From Clostridia bacterium (GTDB lineage: Bacteria; Bacillota; Clostridia; Oscillospirales; CAG-272), in assembly GCA_017503865.1 (NCBI GenBank), contig JAFVSI010000063.1:10393-74392 (forward strand): DNA of 64,000 bases, in the 5' to 3' direction. Made by a program: the position numbers and the translations under genes. Position 1 is the first letter of the stretch; each line of letters opens with the position of its first letter. Shown one piece after another: positions 45,281 through 54,472 of the stretch. Under the pieces are notes generated by a model. It was not told the origin of the DNA. It saw only the letters and a program-made list of their open reading frames with translations, and ran no database searches.

Positions 45281-45484
45281 TTACTGTTTGAATACCCACT
45301 CGACTGCCTTGTTGTAATCGAGGAGTTCGTCGCCGACTTTAAGAGCCGGAGTCTTAGTAAGCCCGAGAGAAACCATCGTATTAACATCGGTAACTTCTTC
45401 GAAGTCAATCTTCTTCTTTACGAGCTGGGCTTTGAGAAGGTCACATTTGTTGCAACCTTCCTGAGTGAACAAAATAACTTTCAA
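45281..45484 (-). CDS. glutaredoxin/NrdH-like redoxin (TTG start)
   Basis: MKVILFTQEGCNKCDLLK has the CxxC thioredoxin-fold signature. AAGGAG lies 9 nt upstream of the TTG at 45484. Confidence 0.7.
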   Translation of the reverse strand: MKVILFTQEGCNKCDLLKAQLVKKKIDFEEVTDVNTMVSLGLTKTPALKVGDELLDYNKAVEWVFKQ

Positions 45485-45486
45485 TG

Positions 45487-46302
45487 TTATTCGCTCCTTT
45501 CGGTATTGAAAATTGAATAAGGGATATTGTGCGTTTTGCAGAATTCGATTTCCGCTTTGCAACCTGTGCTGCTTTCGCTATCGCCGAACACCCACATTTC
45601 TGTGGATCTCGCCAACAACCACAAACATTCCTTGAGCCCCTTATTGTAATCAAGTGAATGGTAGTGATAACCAAATGCGTGGACGGGGGAGAGGAATAGG
45701 TAGTTGGGATGTGAGTCCATAAGGTTTGCAACAATAGACTCAATCTCGCGCAAGTTTTCTTCTTTGCCTTGGAACGGATGACTTACGTAAATTACCTTAT
45801 CGTAAGGAAACTCAAGTTTCGCAAGAAATCTTTGTGCTGTTACTGCCAAATCCTCGATTGTGCCATTCTTCTCTACGACGTAGTCATAGGTCAGGTCGAA
45901 AACTCCAGCATCAGCGATGTTGCTGACAATGTGTGCCACGGCATCTCTTTTAACAAGAACCGTTTTAGCACCGAAATCTTTTTGTGCTTTTTCAATTTGG
46001 AATTTCTCCCTCATATCGATGCACAAAATGTCTGCGTCGATGATACCGCTACGGAAATCCTGCATAACCTTTTCCATAGACTTATAATTGTTGTCGTTGT
46101 ATGTATCAATGAGCACTTTCAAGTCGGAAAGAAACTTTCTGTCGCGCTCGGTTTTACCGCCATCCCATCCTGCTTGCTTTGCAAGTTCCTTAACGGGGTT
46201 AACGATGCTTGTGTGGTAGACTTTTTTGAAGCGAGAAAGACAACCTACAAAGGTGTCTTTCCCAACTCCGCCGGAACCATTGATAATCAGTATCTCTTTC
46301 AT
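45487..46302 (-). CDS. fusion protein: P-loop dNMP-kinase-like N-domain + DUF4406/nucleoside 2-deoxyribosyltransferase-like C-domain
   Basis: NGSGGVGKDT Walker A at the N-terminus. The C-terminal part (VIYVSHPFQGKEENL...FLSPVH...EMWVFGDSESSTGCKAEIEF) matches the DUF4406 layout. Confidence 0.6.
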   Translation of the reverse strand: MKEILIINGSGGVGKDTFVGCLSRFKKVYHTSIVNPVKELAKQAGWDGGKTERDRKFLSDLKVLIDTYNDNNYKSMEKVMQDFRSGIIDADILCIDMREKFQIEKAQKDFGAKTVLVKRDAVAHIVSNIADAGVFDLTYDYVVEKNGTIEDLAVTAQRFLAKLEFPYDKVIYVSHPFQGKEENLREIESIVANLMDSHPNYLFLSPVHAFGYHYHSLDYNKGLKECLWLLARSTEMWVFGDSESSTGCKAEIEFCKTHNIPYSIFNTERSE

Positions 46303-46970
46303 TCCGCTACCTCGTCATAGAAGATGAACTCTTGGGCGTAGGGGAGAGTACGCATCCAAGCGATCATATTGGGCTTAGTCGCATCATCTTTACCAGACCA
46401 CTCGTTAAGCTTGTGGTTTCTTCTTTGCTTGCCGATAGAGAGAAGGTTCTCGTAAGTCATTGTGACGGTACGTGTCTGCAACCAGCTCTCGGGAAGCCAA
46501 CGAACAAGCTCTTTCCAATATTTCTTGTCACCTGTTTCGAGATACTTTTGACGCAGGTATTCGAGATCTCCGACGAGATTGGTTACAAAATCTGTGGGAG
46601 TTGTTGTGTGGATGTCCCAGATTATGTCTGAATCTAAATCATCAACTTCGAAACAATCAAGCGTAATTGGCTTCGATGCAAGTTTGTGCATTGTAGAGGT
46701 TGAGTTAGCGGTGGTTCCAACCTTGTATGTGTCAAACTCTTTCCACCAATAAAGAGGGGCGGTAATATCTACCGACACGAAGATCTGACGCAAGAATTTG
46801 CGATGCTCCGAACCGGCACGAATGAGGCTCGTTGCAAGCTTCATATCGTTTTCTCCAATTACCAATGTGGGTTCAAAAACGGTGTCGCTTCTGTCCCAAC
46901 TGTTTTTGGGGTTTCTCATTCCGCGTAGGGCTCCTTTGAAGCCCCACACGTCAGTATTTTCAAATCTCAT
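46299..46970 (-). CDS. ThyX-like (flavin-dependent thymidylate synthase family) protein, divergent
   Basis: GSEHRKFLRQI...APLYWWKEFDTYKVGTTANSTSTMH resembles the ThyX core, but the canonical RHRxxSxxxxSxRY motif is not conserved. Confidence 0.5.
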   Translation of the reverse strand: MRFENTDVWGFKGALRGMRNPKNSWDRSDTVFEPTLVIGENDMKLATSLIRAGSEHRKFLRQIFVSVDITAPLYWWKEFDTYKVGTTANSTSTMHKLASKPITLDCFEVDDLDSDIIWDIHTTTPTDFVTNLVGDLEYLRQKYLETGDKKYWKELVRWLPESWLQTRTVTMTYENLLSIGKQRRNHKLNEWSGKDDATKPNMIAWMRTLPYAQEFIFYDEVAE

Positions 46971-49900
46971 TTTTTCTCCTTTACTCCGTTAAGAATATCC
47001 TCGAAGGTGTAGTTCTTTTGCTTCTTATCAGAACCTTCGATATTGTAGGATAGCAAGTACCAATAACCTGTTTGGTTCTTGTATAATTCGGCGGCATAGA
47101 CGATATCGCCAACCGATATGGGCATCTTGTCGTATACGGGTGCTTTAACTGTTAACCTCGCAGTCTTTCCACTACCAAGGCTTTTTGTTCCGATTCGGTA
47201 TGACCATACATTACCTGCTTGGTCGTGAATGGGAGTCTTGTCCGTGATCAGAAGACGGCGACGATCTTCTTCTTTGTTCGTCACTACATCCGCATACCCG
47301 AGTACTGTCATACTCCAGTCGATACGTTCCTTCATCGAAGGAGCAGCAATCGGATGCTCTTTTATGTATTTCTCGTATTCGTACAGGCACTTCAATGCCT
47401 TGTCTTCGAGTTTGTATGTTGCTGAATCGCTACCGTCTTTATTCTTAGATGAACACATAGAAGCGATTATTGTTTCGAAGCGATTGCCGATAAGCTTGTC
47501 TTTCTTTATGGTCTTTGCGTTTCCTTGCTTAAGCAATTCCCACGCATCCAGAAGAGTGAGAAGCTCATTGATGTTACCAAAATCTTGGAAGTAATCAATG
47601 ATGATTAGCGGCATCACTTTAGATGCTTTCACTGAATGCTCGTCGAGCCACTTTAAGACATCAATGAATGACTTGAAGTTCTCTTGAGCACAGCCATAAA
47701 GTACTTCGCCAACCGCAGAGCTATATCCCTTGATTGCGGAAATGGAATTTACAATCGTATTGTTGGCTACGTCTGCCTTAATACATCTGTTATCCTGTCC
47801 AAAACGGAACGGCGGGAACTTAATGTTGAAGTAGCTTTCGGCTTCGTCTTTGATGGCATTCATCTTGTCCTTATCGCCCTTGATCTCGGAAAGAGTGAGC
47901 AGCACCTCATAGAACTCAAGTGGGTGATGTGCTTTTAACCACGCACCGTACAGGCTATCAAGTGCAACGCAGTAAGAGTGGGATGCATTGAAGGAGTACC
48001 TTGCGGAGTCCTCGATGATTTGCCACAATTGTTGCGACAGTTCGTCTGCTTCCTCGGGGGTTCTGTGCTCGTTTTCGATAATCGTCCGGGAGAAGCCATC
48101 AATGAATTTTTGTTTGTAGGCTAACACCTTATCTGCACGTTTCTTTGCTATGTTCTTGATTGCGGTGTAGCAATCACTCATATCAATTCCTGCGTAGTTC
48201 AGCGCCGACATTTCTTGTTCCTGATACAACAAGAAACTGTTGGGCATTTCATCGGTCTGGATAAGTTCGTCAAACGCCTTAACACCGTATGCAAACGGCT
48301 TGCGTTCTTCGAACGTCTTGTACATCGACTTAAAGCCCGGTCTGATTGCCGCAACGAAAGCTCCAAGCTCTGAAATGTTTTTGGGAGCATACTTCGTTAC
48401 ACGGGACGCCGTTCCTGTCTGTTCGCACTGGTTAATACCAATCGTGCAACCCTTTTCGTAAATGCTCCACGCCTTATCGTCGGGTGGACACATTTTCAAA
48501 AGCTCCTGAACGGTCGGTGGTTCAATACCGATGCGGTGATAGGAACGATAGATAAGGTCTACTACAGATACCTTGAGCAAGTCATTCTTGAGGAAGTGGC
48601 ACGCCTCAGCCCAGTGACCATCCATAAGGCAACAGAGGTGGTCTTTGATTTTTACAAGACCAATCTCTTTACGGATGCTCCCTTGGAAGAGAAGATATGA
48701 ACAGGGAGCAATGCTCCAAGAAGTAACCAACCCGAGATAGTCCTTACTCTTTTGGTAAATGTCGTGATATTCCTTATCAATGTAATCGTAAACGCTTATT
48801 TCATCGGCATCTTCTCCAGCGTGCTTCAGTGCGGTCTCATACTTTTTGATTTGGTCTGATACCGCATTGGCAATCTCGAACGAGATACCTTGCGATTTTG
48901 CGTACAGTTTCCACGCTGCAGATTTTTGCATCGTACCGTAAGCGATCATAGGATAAGCGTGGTCTTCTCCAAGGATTTCTTGCTGGGCTCTTGCAAAAGG
49001 TTCTACAGGAGCACAGTTGAAGTCGATATCGGGAAGAGAACCACTCTGAAGAATTCTTGTGGCACTCATAAAGCGCTCAGGGTACATATGAACCTTTGCC
49101 GCAATTCTATCAACCTCTGTGAAACCAAGGAGCATATTTGTGATAAACGATACCGCAGATCCACGACCACTCTTTGTAAGCCAACCACCGTTTTCTTTTC
49201 CTTTGCGAATGATGTGATAGTTGTTAATGAAGTAGTCAGCCATTCTGGTATCTTCAACTGTTTTGATTTCCTTTTGAATTTCCGAACGGTAATGGTCGTG
49301 TAATTCTTCGGGAACATTCTTTTTGTATTCGTCCCAGCCTTGCCAGATAAGCCGACGATACTCAGCATTCTTTTCCTCTTGGGGAGTTCCTTCGGGGAAA
49401 AGCGAAGGCATCTTAATGTCGGTATTGAAGATTGGGTTATCGTACTCTTCGATATCGAGGAATACGTTGGTGTTATTCATAGCGTCGCATATTTGCTGAT
49501 GACTCAGGACGCATTGGTCTGCAAATCTTGCATAAGCCGTATCGCCATCAGGGTAATCAAGGAACCACCCTTGCTCGTCAGGATAATCAAGACCTTTAGA
49601 GTAAAGGAAGTCGGTTCTTACCTGCGCCTGCTGCGGTGTTATGTAGTGGCTATCACAACCCATTATCAGAGGAATTTTCAGCTCTTCGTGAAGCCTCAAT
49701 ATTCTTTTGTTTAACTCTCTTTGAGAGTCGGTGTTGTGATATTGCACCTCAAGGAAAAAGTTCTTCCCAAAGTGCTTGTGGAATTCTTTTGTAATATCTT
49801 CGATATCATCGTATCTCCAGTATGCGATACACGCCGTAGTCACGATAACATCTTTTGGCGGTAGAGATAGGATTAGAGGAATATCAAGACGAGGTTGACC

Positions 49901-50239
49901 GTAGAAACCAGTAAGGTTTGCCTCGGAAAGAACATCGTTCAATGCCTGTCGTCCATTCTCGTTGCGGGCTCCGATAAATATGTGGCAGTTGCTACGGTCT
50001 TTTTCAAGCCTGTCCTTTACCCAATAAGCTTCTGCTCCGATTAAGGGCTTAAGCCCGTATTCTTTTGCGATGCGATATGTTTCGTAGTAATTGCCTTGCC
50101 AACCGTGCTCCGCTGAAGAAAGAATTCCGTGCCCGAACTGCTTAGCCCTTTCGGCGTAAGCAGTCGGGGTAACGGCTGAATCGGAGATTCGCACGTTGGT
50201 ATACATTCTGTGGCAGTGATAGTTTTGAAACTCTATCAT
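46967..50239 (-). CDS. dnaE: DNA polymerase III alpha-subunit-like replicative polymerase (PHP + pol domains)
   Basis: 1090 aa with an N-terminal PHP motif (YHCHRMYTN...SAEHG). Size and layout fit the DnaE family. Confidence 0.85.
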   Translation of the reverse strand: MIEFQNYHCHRMYTNVRISDSAVTPTAYAERAKQFGHGILSSAEHGWQGNYYETYRIAKEYGLKPLIGAEAYWVKDRLEKDRSNCHIFIGARNENGRQALNDVLSEANLTGFYGQPRLDIPLILSLPPKDVIVTTACIAYWRYDDIEDITKEFHKHFGKNFFLEVQYHNTDSQRELNKRILRLHEELKIPLIMGCDSHYITPQQAQVRTDFLYSKGLDYPDEQGWFLDYPDGDTAYARFADQCVLSHQQICDAMNNTNVFLDIEEYDNPIFNTDIKMPSLFPEGTPQEEKNAEYRRLIWQGWDEYKKNVPEELHDHYRSEIQKEIKTVEDTRMADYFINNYHIIRKGKENGGWLTKSGRGSAVSFITNMLLGFTEVDRIAAKVHMYPERFMSATRILQSGSLPDIDFNCAPVEPFARAQQEILGEDHAYPMIAYGTMQKSAAWKLYAKSQGISFEIANAVSDQIKKYETALKHAGEDADEISVYDYIDKEYHDIYQKSKDYLGLVTSWSIAPCSYLLFQGSIRKEIGLVKIKDHLCCLMDGHWAEACHFLKNDLLKVSVVDLIYRSYHRIGIEPPTVQELLKMCPPDDKAWSIYEKGCTIGINQCEQTGTASRVTKYAPKNISELGAFVAAIRPGFKSMYKTFEERKPFAYGVKAFDELIQTDEMPNSFLLYQEQEMSALNYAGIDMSDCYTAIKNIAKKRADKVLAYKQKFIDGFSRTIIENEHRTPEEADELSQQLWQIIEDSARYSFNASHSYCVALDSLYGAWLKAHHPLEFYEVLLTLSEIKGDKDKMNAIKDEAESYFNIKFPPFRFGQDNRCIKADVANNTIVNSISAIKGYSSAVGEVLYGCAQENFKSFIDVLKWLDEHSVKASKVMPLIIIDYFQDFGNINELLTLLDAWELLKQGNAKTIKKDKLIGNRFETIIASMCSSKNKDGSDSATYKLEDKALKCLYEYEKYIKEHPIAAPSMKERIDWSMTVLGYADVVTNKEEDRRRLLITDKTPIHDQAGNVWSYRIGTKSLGSGKTARLTVKAPVYDKMPISVGDIVYAAELYKNQTGYWYLLSYNIEGSDKKQKNYTFEDILNGVKEKK

Positions 50240-52203
50240 TGATCTCCTCCTTCGATTCTTCCGTAGACTTCCTCGTCATCCTCCTGATAGAGTTGAGGGG
50301 GAGGATAGGGAAGTGCACCGTCGTATGTATTGGTATCCCAAGAGTATCGCTTATCGAGCGATTGCTCGTCTACGAAGAAACGTCGTGAGGGTTTGTCGTA
50401 ATACAAGCCGGCGGAACTTCCTTCAAAACCAAGAAGTCTGTCCTTGAGAATGTCACAAAGAACATCATACTTAATGGGTTCTTTATACCATCCGTTGCCG
50501 CGCTTATTCGGAACTCCTTTCTTATCGTCATTCGTAACACGATACAAGCTTAGAATTCTATGTGCTAAGTCGATGATTGCCGAAATACCTTGGATATCCA
50601 TTTTATTAAGGCGTCTCATCTGTTCGATTTTGTGGGGGTGGACAACGAGGAGAACTGCAACGTTGTACTTCTTGGCGAAGTCAATCAAGCGTGTAACAAA
50701 TTCTTCTTGGCGCTGATACTTGTTTTGCTCATTTGCTTCGAGGTTTACCGAAGTGAGGTTGTCGATGATGTGAAGCTTGCATCCGTATTTACGAGTACAG
50801 TCTTCCATCGACTTGAGTATCGTATCTACCTTATGGTCAATGCCATCCTTGTAGATAAACAAGCGTCCCTTATAGTACTTGTCCATTTCTCTTTGTGCGT
50901 CTGGAGTAACCTTCCAGTAGGTTGCGCCGTTGAAGGTGTATTCCTTAACGTGCCTTTGTCCTGCAAGTATGTAGTTAATCCAGTTCTTACTCTGGAAGTT
51001 TGGTAACTCACCAGAGTAGAGGAAAGCATTCTTTTCCTCGTCGATGGAATTACACACGAGCTGAGATAGGAATGATGATTTACCACTACCGTTAACTCCT
51101 GTTACGATGGTGAAGGTTCCGTAGAACAATCTCATTAGCTTCTTATCAAGCTCGGGTATTCCGGTCTTGATGCCGTCGATCTCGTCAAGGTCAACGTTGG
51201 TAATATCCGAATAGTCGGAAACGCTATCAACAGGCGAGTCTTTGGCATTATGTATCAATTCGATAACGGCTCTTTTGCCCTGATAGTAAAGAACGTGGTT
51301 AAGGTCTTTCATCGGGATTTTTTTATCGTTCGCTTCATCATAAAAAACGGGGGGGATTTCTATGAATTTAGTTCGCCACGAGCCGAGTCTGAAGACGCAT
51401 TCCTTCTGCATCTTAATACCAGCCTCATCATTATCCGAACAAATAATGATGCTTTCGAATTGTTCAAGCCAGTCGAAGTTTTCTTCAATCCAGCCATAAT
51501 TGTTTGCGCCGAGAGGAACAGATACTGCATTCGTAAAGCCTGCTTCGATAGCAGCCATACAGTCAATTTCTCCCTCGCATATTAAGAGTGGGGCGGTCGT
51601 ATTGACACGGTTCATATTAAAAAGGAGAGGAGTCACGTCGGCGTTCTTTTGACACCAAGCTTTAACATCCCCTCTACTCTTATCGATCTTATGAGATGGT
51701 CTATACTTGACCAGACACAACACATCGTTTGTGTCGTAATAATTGAAAACTATGTTGCCGTGAGCGTCTTCTCGAACATCGACTGCATCGACGGTTTCCT
51801 TTGAAATGCTCCTCTGAGCGAGGTAAGCATACACACTTTCCTTGTCGTTTAAGGGTTCCTCGACGGGATATCTATATTTGAATTTAGTTTGTACTCCTTT
51901 TTCTCCAAGGGAAAGTGGCATCTTAGCTTCAGCAAAAAGCTTCTGCAAGGCTTCCAGATACGTCAACCCTGTATGCATATAGGCATCGATGATATCTGTG
52001 TTCCTACCACACCCAAAACAATGAAACGAAAACGTTCGTTGGTTATATATAAAACTTGGCGAATCTTCAAGGTGCCAACAGCATAAAGCCTTTTTATTGA
52101 CAGCGTCGTATTTCTCAAGTTGTAATAACTCTGCAATGATTTCTGCGTTTTTGTCACCAAGTTTAGTCTTTGCTTTTAATATCGATTCTTTGTCAACAAA
52201 AAT
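50236..52203 (-). CDS. primase-helicase (Zn-finger + TOPRIM + DnaB/gp4-like P-loop), probable non-canonical ATT start
   Basis: TOPRIM CEGEIDCMAA...CSDNDEAG and P-loop GVNGSGKS. The in-frame upstream region encodes CCWH-x17-HCFGCG (primase zinc ribbon), with no ATG/GTG/TTG after the stop at 52231-52233. Confidence 0.75.
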   Translation of the reverse strand: MFVDKESILKAKTKLGDKNAEIIAELLQLEKYDAVNKKALCCWHLEDSPSFIYNQRTFSFHCFGCGRNTDIIDAYMHTGLTYLEALQKLFAEAKMPLSLGEKGVQTKFKYRYPVEEPLNDKESVYAYLAQRSISKETVDAVDVREDAHGNIVFNYYDTNDVLCLVKYRPSHKIDKSRGDVKAWCQKNADVTPLLFNMNRVNTTAPLLICEGEIDCMAAIEAGFTNAVSVPLGANNYGWIEENFDWLEQFESIIICSDNDEAGIKMQKECVFRLGSWRTKFIEIPPVFYDEANDKKIPMKDLNHVLYYQGKRAVIELIHNAKDSPVDSVSDYSDITNVDLDEIDGIKTGIPELDKKLMRLFYGTFTIVTGVNGSGKSSFLSQLVCNSIDEEKNAFLYSGELPNFQSKNWINYILAGQRHVKEYTFNGATYWKVTPDAQREMDKYYKGRLFIYKDGIDHKVDTILKSMEDCTRKYGCKLHIIDNLTSVNLEANEQNKYQRQEEFVTRLIDFAKKYNVAVLLVVHPHKIEQMRRLNKMDIQGISAIIDLAHRILSLYRVTNDDKKGVPNKRGNGWYKEPIKYDVLCDILKDRLLGFEGSSAGLYYDKPSRRFFVDEQSLDKRYSWDTNTYDGALPYPPPQLYQEDDEEVYGRIEGGDQ

Positions 52204-52220
52204 AAACCTACACCTCCTTG

Positions 52221-52970
52221 TTAAATCTTGTTATCGCAGTATTCTCTGTGGTTACAAAGATGTTCGCTGAAGAATTCGTCGCAAGTTGGAGCATAGTCCC
52301 AACACTCACGTATCTCTTGTACCGTATCCTTTGCCCACTTAAGTGCTTCGTTGAAATCTTCTTCCTTAAACGGAATGTCTATCGTAGTGTTCTTTCGGAA
52401 CATCATAAACCGTAATACGTCTGGGAACCTCCCGTATTTCTTCTTGACGTACAGAGCATACAAATACAGTTGCCTTGCATACTCAGCCTGTTCTTTTTTG
52501 TTCTTGAAAGAACTTTTCGATTTGTAGTCTTGGATAATCAAGCGACCGTTTTTGTCCTTGAAAACCAAGTCGATAACGCCGGTAAATACCCAGTCATCGA
52601 CATCTATATCGAACTCTCCTTCCACCTCAAGAATCTCTCTGTCGGCATAGCCCGAGAAGTTCTTAAGATAATTGAGTCCTTGCTCATAATAGAGCTTTCT
52701 CATATTCTTGCAGTACGGAGTAGAGGGGAATTTCTCGGGGACTGCGGTGTCGAATTCCCATTCGTAGATTGTCGTTAAATCCCAAAGCTCTATTTCTCCT
52801 CTTGCGTACCTTTCCATAAGGGAATGGACTTCTGTTCCATAAGAACTGAAACAGTTTCCAATTCCTCGCTTATGGAGTATGTATGTTTGCATATACCCGT
52901 ATTTACAGGTATGGAAGGACGATAACTTCGAAAAACTGAACCGTTCCTTTTTTTCAGTTACCAAGGACAA
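52221..52970 (-). CDS. PD-(D/E)XK nuclease, Cas4/RecB-like with Fe-S cysteines
   Basis: N-terminal C (FHTCKYGY), IDLVF...IIQDYKS core, QLYLYALY, and C-terminal C-x5-C-x9-C-x6-C. Confidence 0.75.
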   Translation of the reverse strand: MSLVTEKKERFSFSKLSSFHTCKYGYMQTYILHKRGIGNCFSSYGTEVHSLMERYARGEIELWDLTTIYEWEFDTAVPEKFPSTPYCKNMRKLYYEQGLNYLKNFSGYADREILEVEGEFDIDVDDWVFTGVIDLVFKDKNGRLIIQDYKSKSSFKNKKEQAEYARQLYLYALYVKKKYGRFPDVLRFMMFRKNTTIDIPFKEEDFNEALKWAKDTVQEIRECWDYAPTCDEFFSEHLCNHREYCDNKI

Positions 52971-53347
52971 GAGTCGTCACTGGTCGATGCGGGAGCCTCG
53001 GAAACAGTGCTTGCCTTTGCGGTATTATCGTTTGATGCAGGAGCATCACTTGCTTCGATTGTTGCCTCAAGAATGAGGAATCTGAAGCGCGACTTGGTGT
53101 TGCCGTCGTTATCCGTGTAACGCTCGTTGGTGAACTTGGACTTCGTAATGGTGATTCTGTCACCTTTCTTGAGTCCCTTAAGTGAGTTGACGGCGTGTCC
53201 GATTGCACGAGGGAACCATCCGGAATTGATGTAATTGCCCTCGGCGTCCTTCTCCGATGTGGTCATCTGGAGATCCATGTATTTGCCATTCTCGGCAACC
53301 TTTACATCCCAGACCTTACCAAAAATCTTGTTGGTGTTATAGATCAT
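52958..53347 (-). CDS. ssb: single-stranded DNA-binding protein
   Basis: OB-fold-sized N-domain, low-complexity linker and acidic tip (SDDSCPW). Sits between ERF and the nuclease. Confidence 0.7.
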   Translation of the reverse strand: MIYNTNKIFGKVWDVKVAENGKYMDLQMTTSEKDAEGNYINSGWFPRAIGHAVNSLKGLKKGDRITITKSKFTNERYTDNDGNTKSRFRFLILEATIEASDAPASNDNTAKASTVSEAPASTSDDSCPW

Positions 53348-54054
53348 TTGCTTTCTCCTTTTGTGGTTTTCTTGGTGGTAGCAGGTTTGTTGGCGGCAAG
53401 AGTTTCAAACTCCTTCATAACCGCTGTGCAAACCTCAATGGATTTGATGCTTGAGGGGTTCTGGTTACCGTTGTTATACTTGCCAACGATGCCCATAACC
53501 TCATCTTTTGCAATGCCGGATTTGATGAGTTGAGAACCCATCGCAACAACTTCCTTGACGGCTGCATTGAGAACCTTCTCGTCGTCGTAGTTCTCGGCTT
53601 CTTTCTGCTTGCTTCTGTAGTTGTCAGGATCCGCCTCGGATGTAGCCAACTGGAGAGACTTCATAAGGAAGTATCTGTTGCAGTAGGTTTCAGCGGCGCC
53701 AAATGCCTGAGAAGCATCTTCCATCTGTCCAACCAATACCCACGGAACCTCAACGGTTTCCTCGGGCTTATCTACGTTAACCCAAGTATAAATGGTGTCG
53801 GCGTGAACAATGAACTCGTTGATAGTCTTGTCCTTGGTTTTCTGGTATGTATAGGGCATAACCTGAAGTGTGCCCGGAACGATGGAATGGTACAGCATAA
53901 CTCCGTACTTCTGCATACCCGCAGTTACTTTCGCCTGAATCTCTTCCTCGGGAACATACTTGTAGTTGTATCCCGACTTAGTCTTCTGGAGAATACCTGC
54001 GGCGTCAGCGATCTTCAGGAGCTTCTGGTGAATGTTCATTTCAGTTCTCTCCAT
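53344..54054 (-). CDS. ERF-family single-strand annealing protein
   Basis: QKLLKIADAAG...YKYVPEEEI...QAFGAAETYCNRYFLMKSL matches the ERF signature (Q..GsA.TY.rRY.L). GGAGG RBS. Confidence 0.75.
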   Translation of the reverse strand: MERTEMNIHQKLLKIADAAGILQKTKSGYNYKYVPEEEIQAKVTAGMQKYGVMLYHSIVPGTLQVMPYTYQKTKDKTINEFIVHADTIYTWVNVDKPEETVEVPWVLVGQMEDASQAFGAAETYCNRYFLMKSLQLATSEADPDNYRSKQKEAENYDDEKVLNAAVKEVVAMGSQLIKSGIAKDEVMGIVGKYNNGNQNPSSIKSIEVCTAVMKEFETLAANKPATTKKTTKGESK

Positions 54055-54472
54055 CTGCGACCTCCTCTACGATTTCGGTAGTCTTTTTCTTCTGCCTTAC
54101 CGCGGACTTGAGCATTCTCTGAATGTCGCGGTGACTGATACCGTGCGCCTTGCAAAGACACATCAGAAGTCCCTTTTCCTCGTCAAACGGCTCGTTATGA
54201 GCTTTGGCAACGAACTTCTTTCCGTTTACCCACATAATGGTCGCGGGTTCGTTGAACAGAACCTTGATACCGCCAAATGTGGAAGGTGTGGGCTCTGCCT
54301 TAACAGGCTTCTTCGGCTTGTTCTCATTCTGCTCAAGTTTCACAACCTTCATATCAGCAGGGATTCCGCCGAGTAAAGCTTTGAAAAACTCTTGTTCTGC
54401 CGGAGAAACATTTGAGGTGAACTGGATTGATCCTCCGTTAAGGTCAATCGGGTTTGAATTTCTGGTTGGCAT
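54041..54472 (-). CDS. hypothetical protein (start 54472 or 54352)
   Basis: GAAAGGAA RBS before 54472. The alternative ATG at 54352 gives an ATGA overlap with the upstream ORF. Confidence 0.45.
   Translation of the reverse strand: MPTRNSNPIDLNGGSIQFTSNVSPAEQEFFKALLGGIPADMKVVKLEQNENKPKKPVKAEPTPSTFGGIKVLFNEPATIMWVNGKKFVAKAHNEPFDEEKGLLMCLCKAHGISHRDIQRMLKSAVRQKKKTTEIVEEVADGEN

Noticed and set aside
45268-45408. 47-codon N-terminal extension of NrdD, and the overlapping ORFs 45441-45743(-) and 45281-45562(-) as listed in the track.
   Set aside because: A strong RBS precedes the ATG at 45267. The glutaredoxin-like gene is better explained by the TTG start at 45484 with AAGGAG. The extensions would overlap neighbouring genes extensively.
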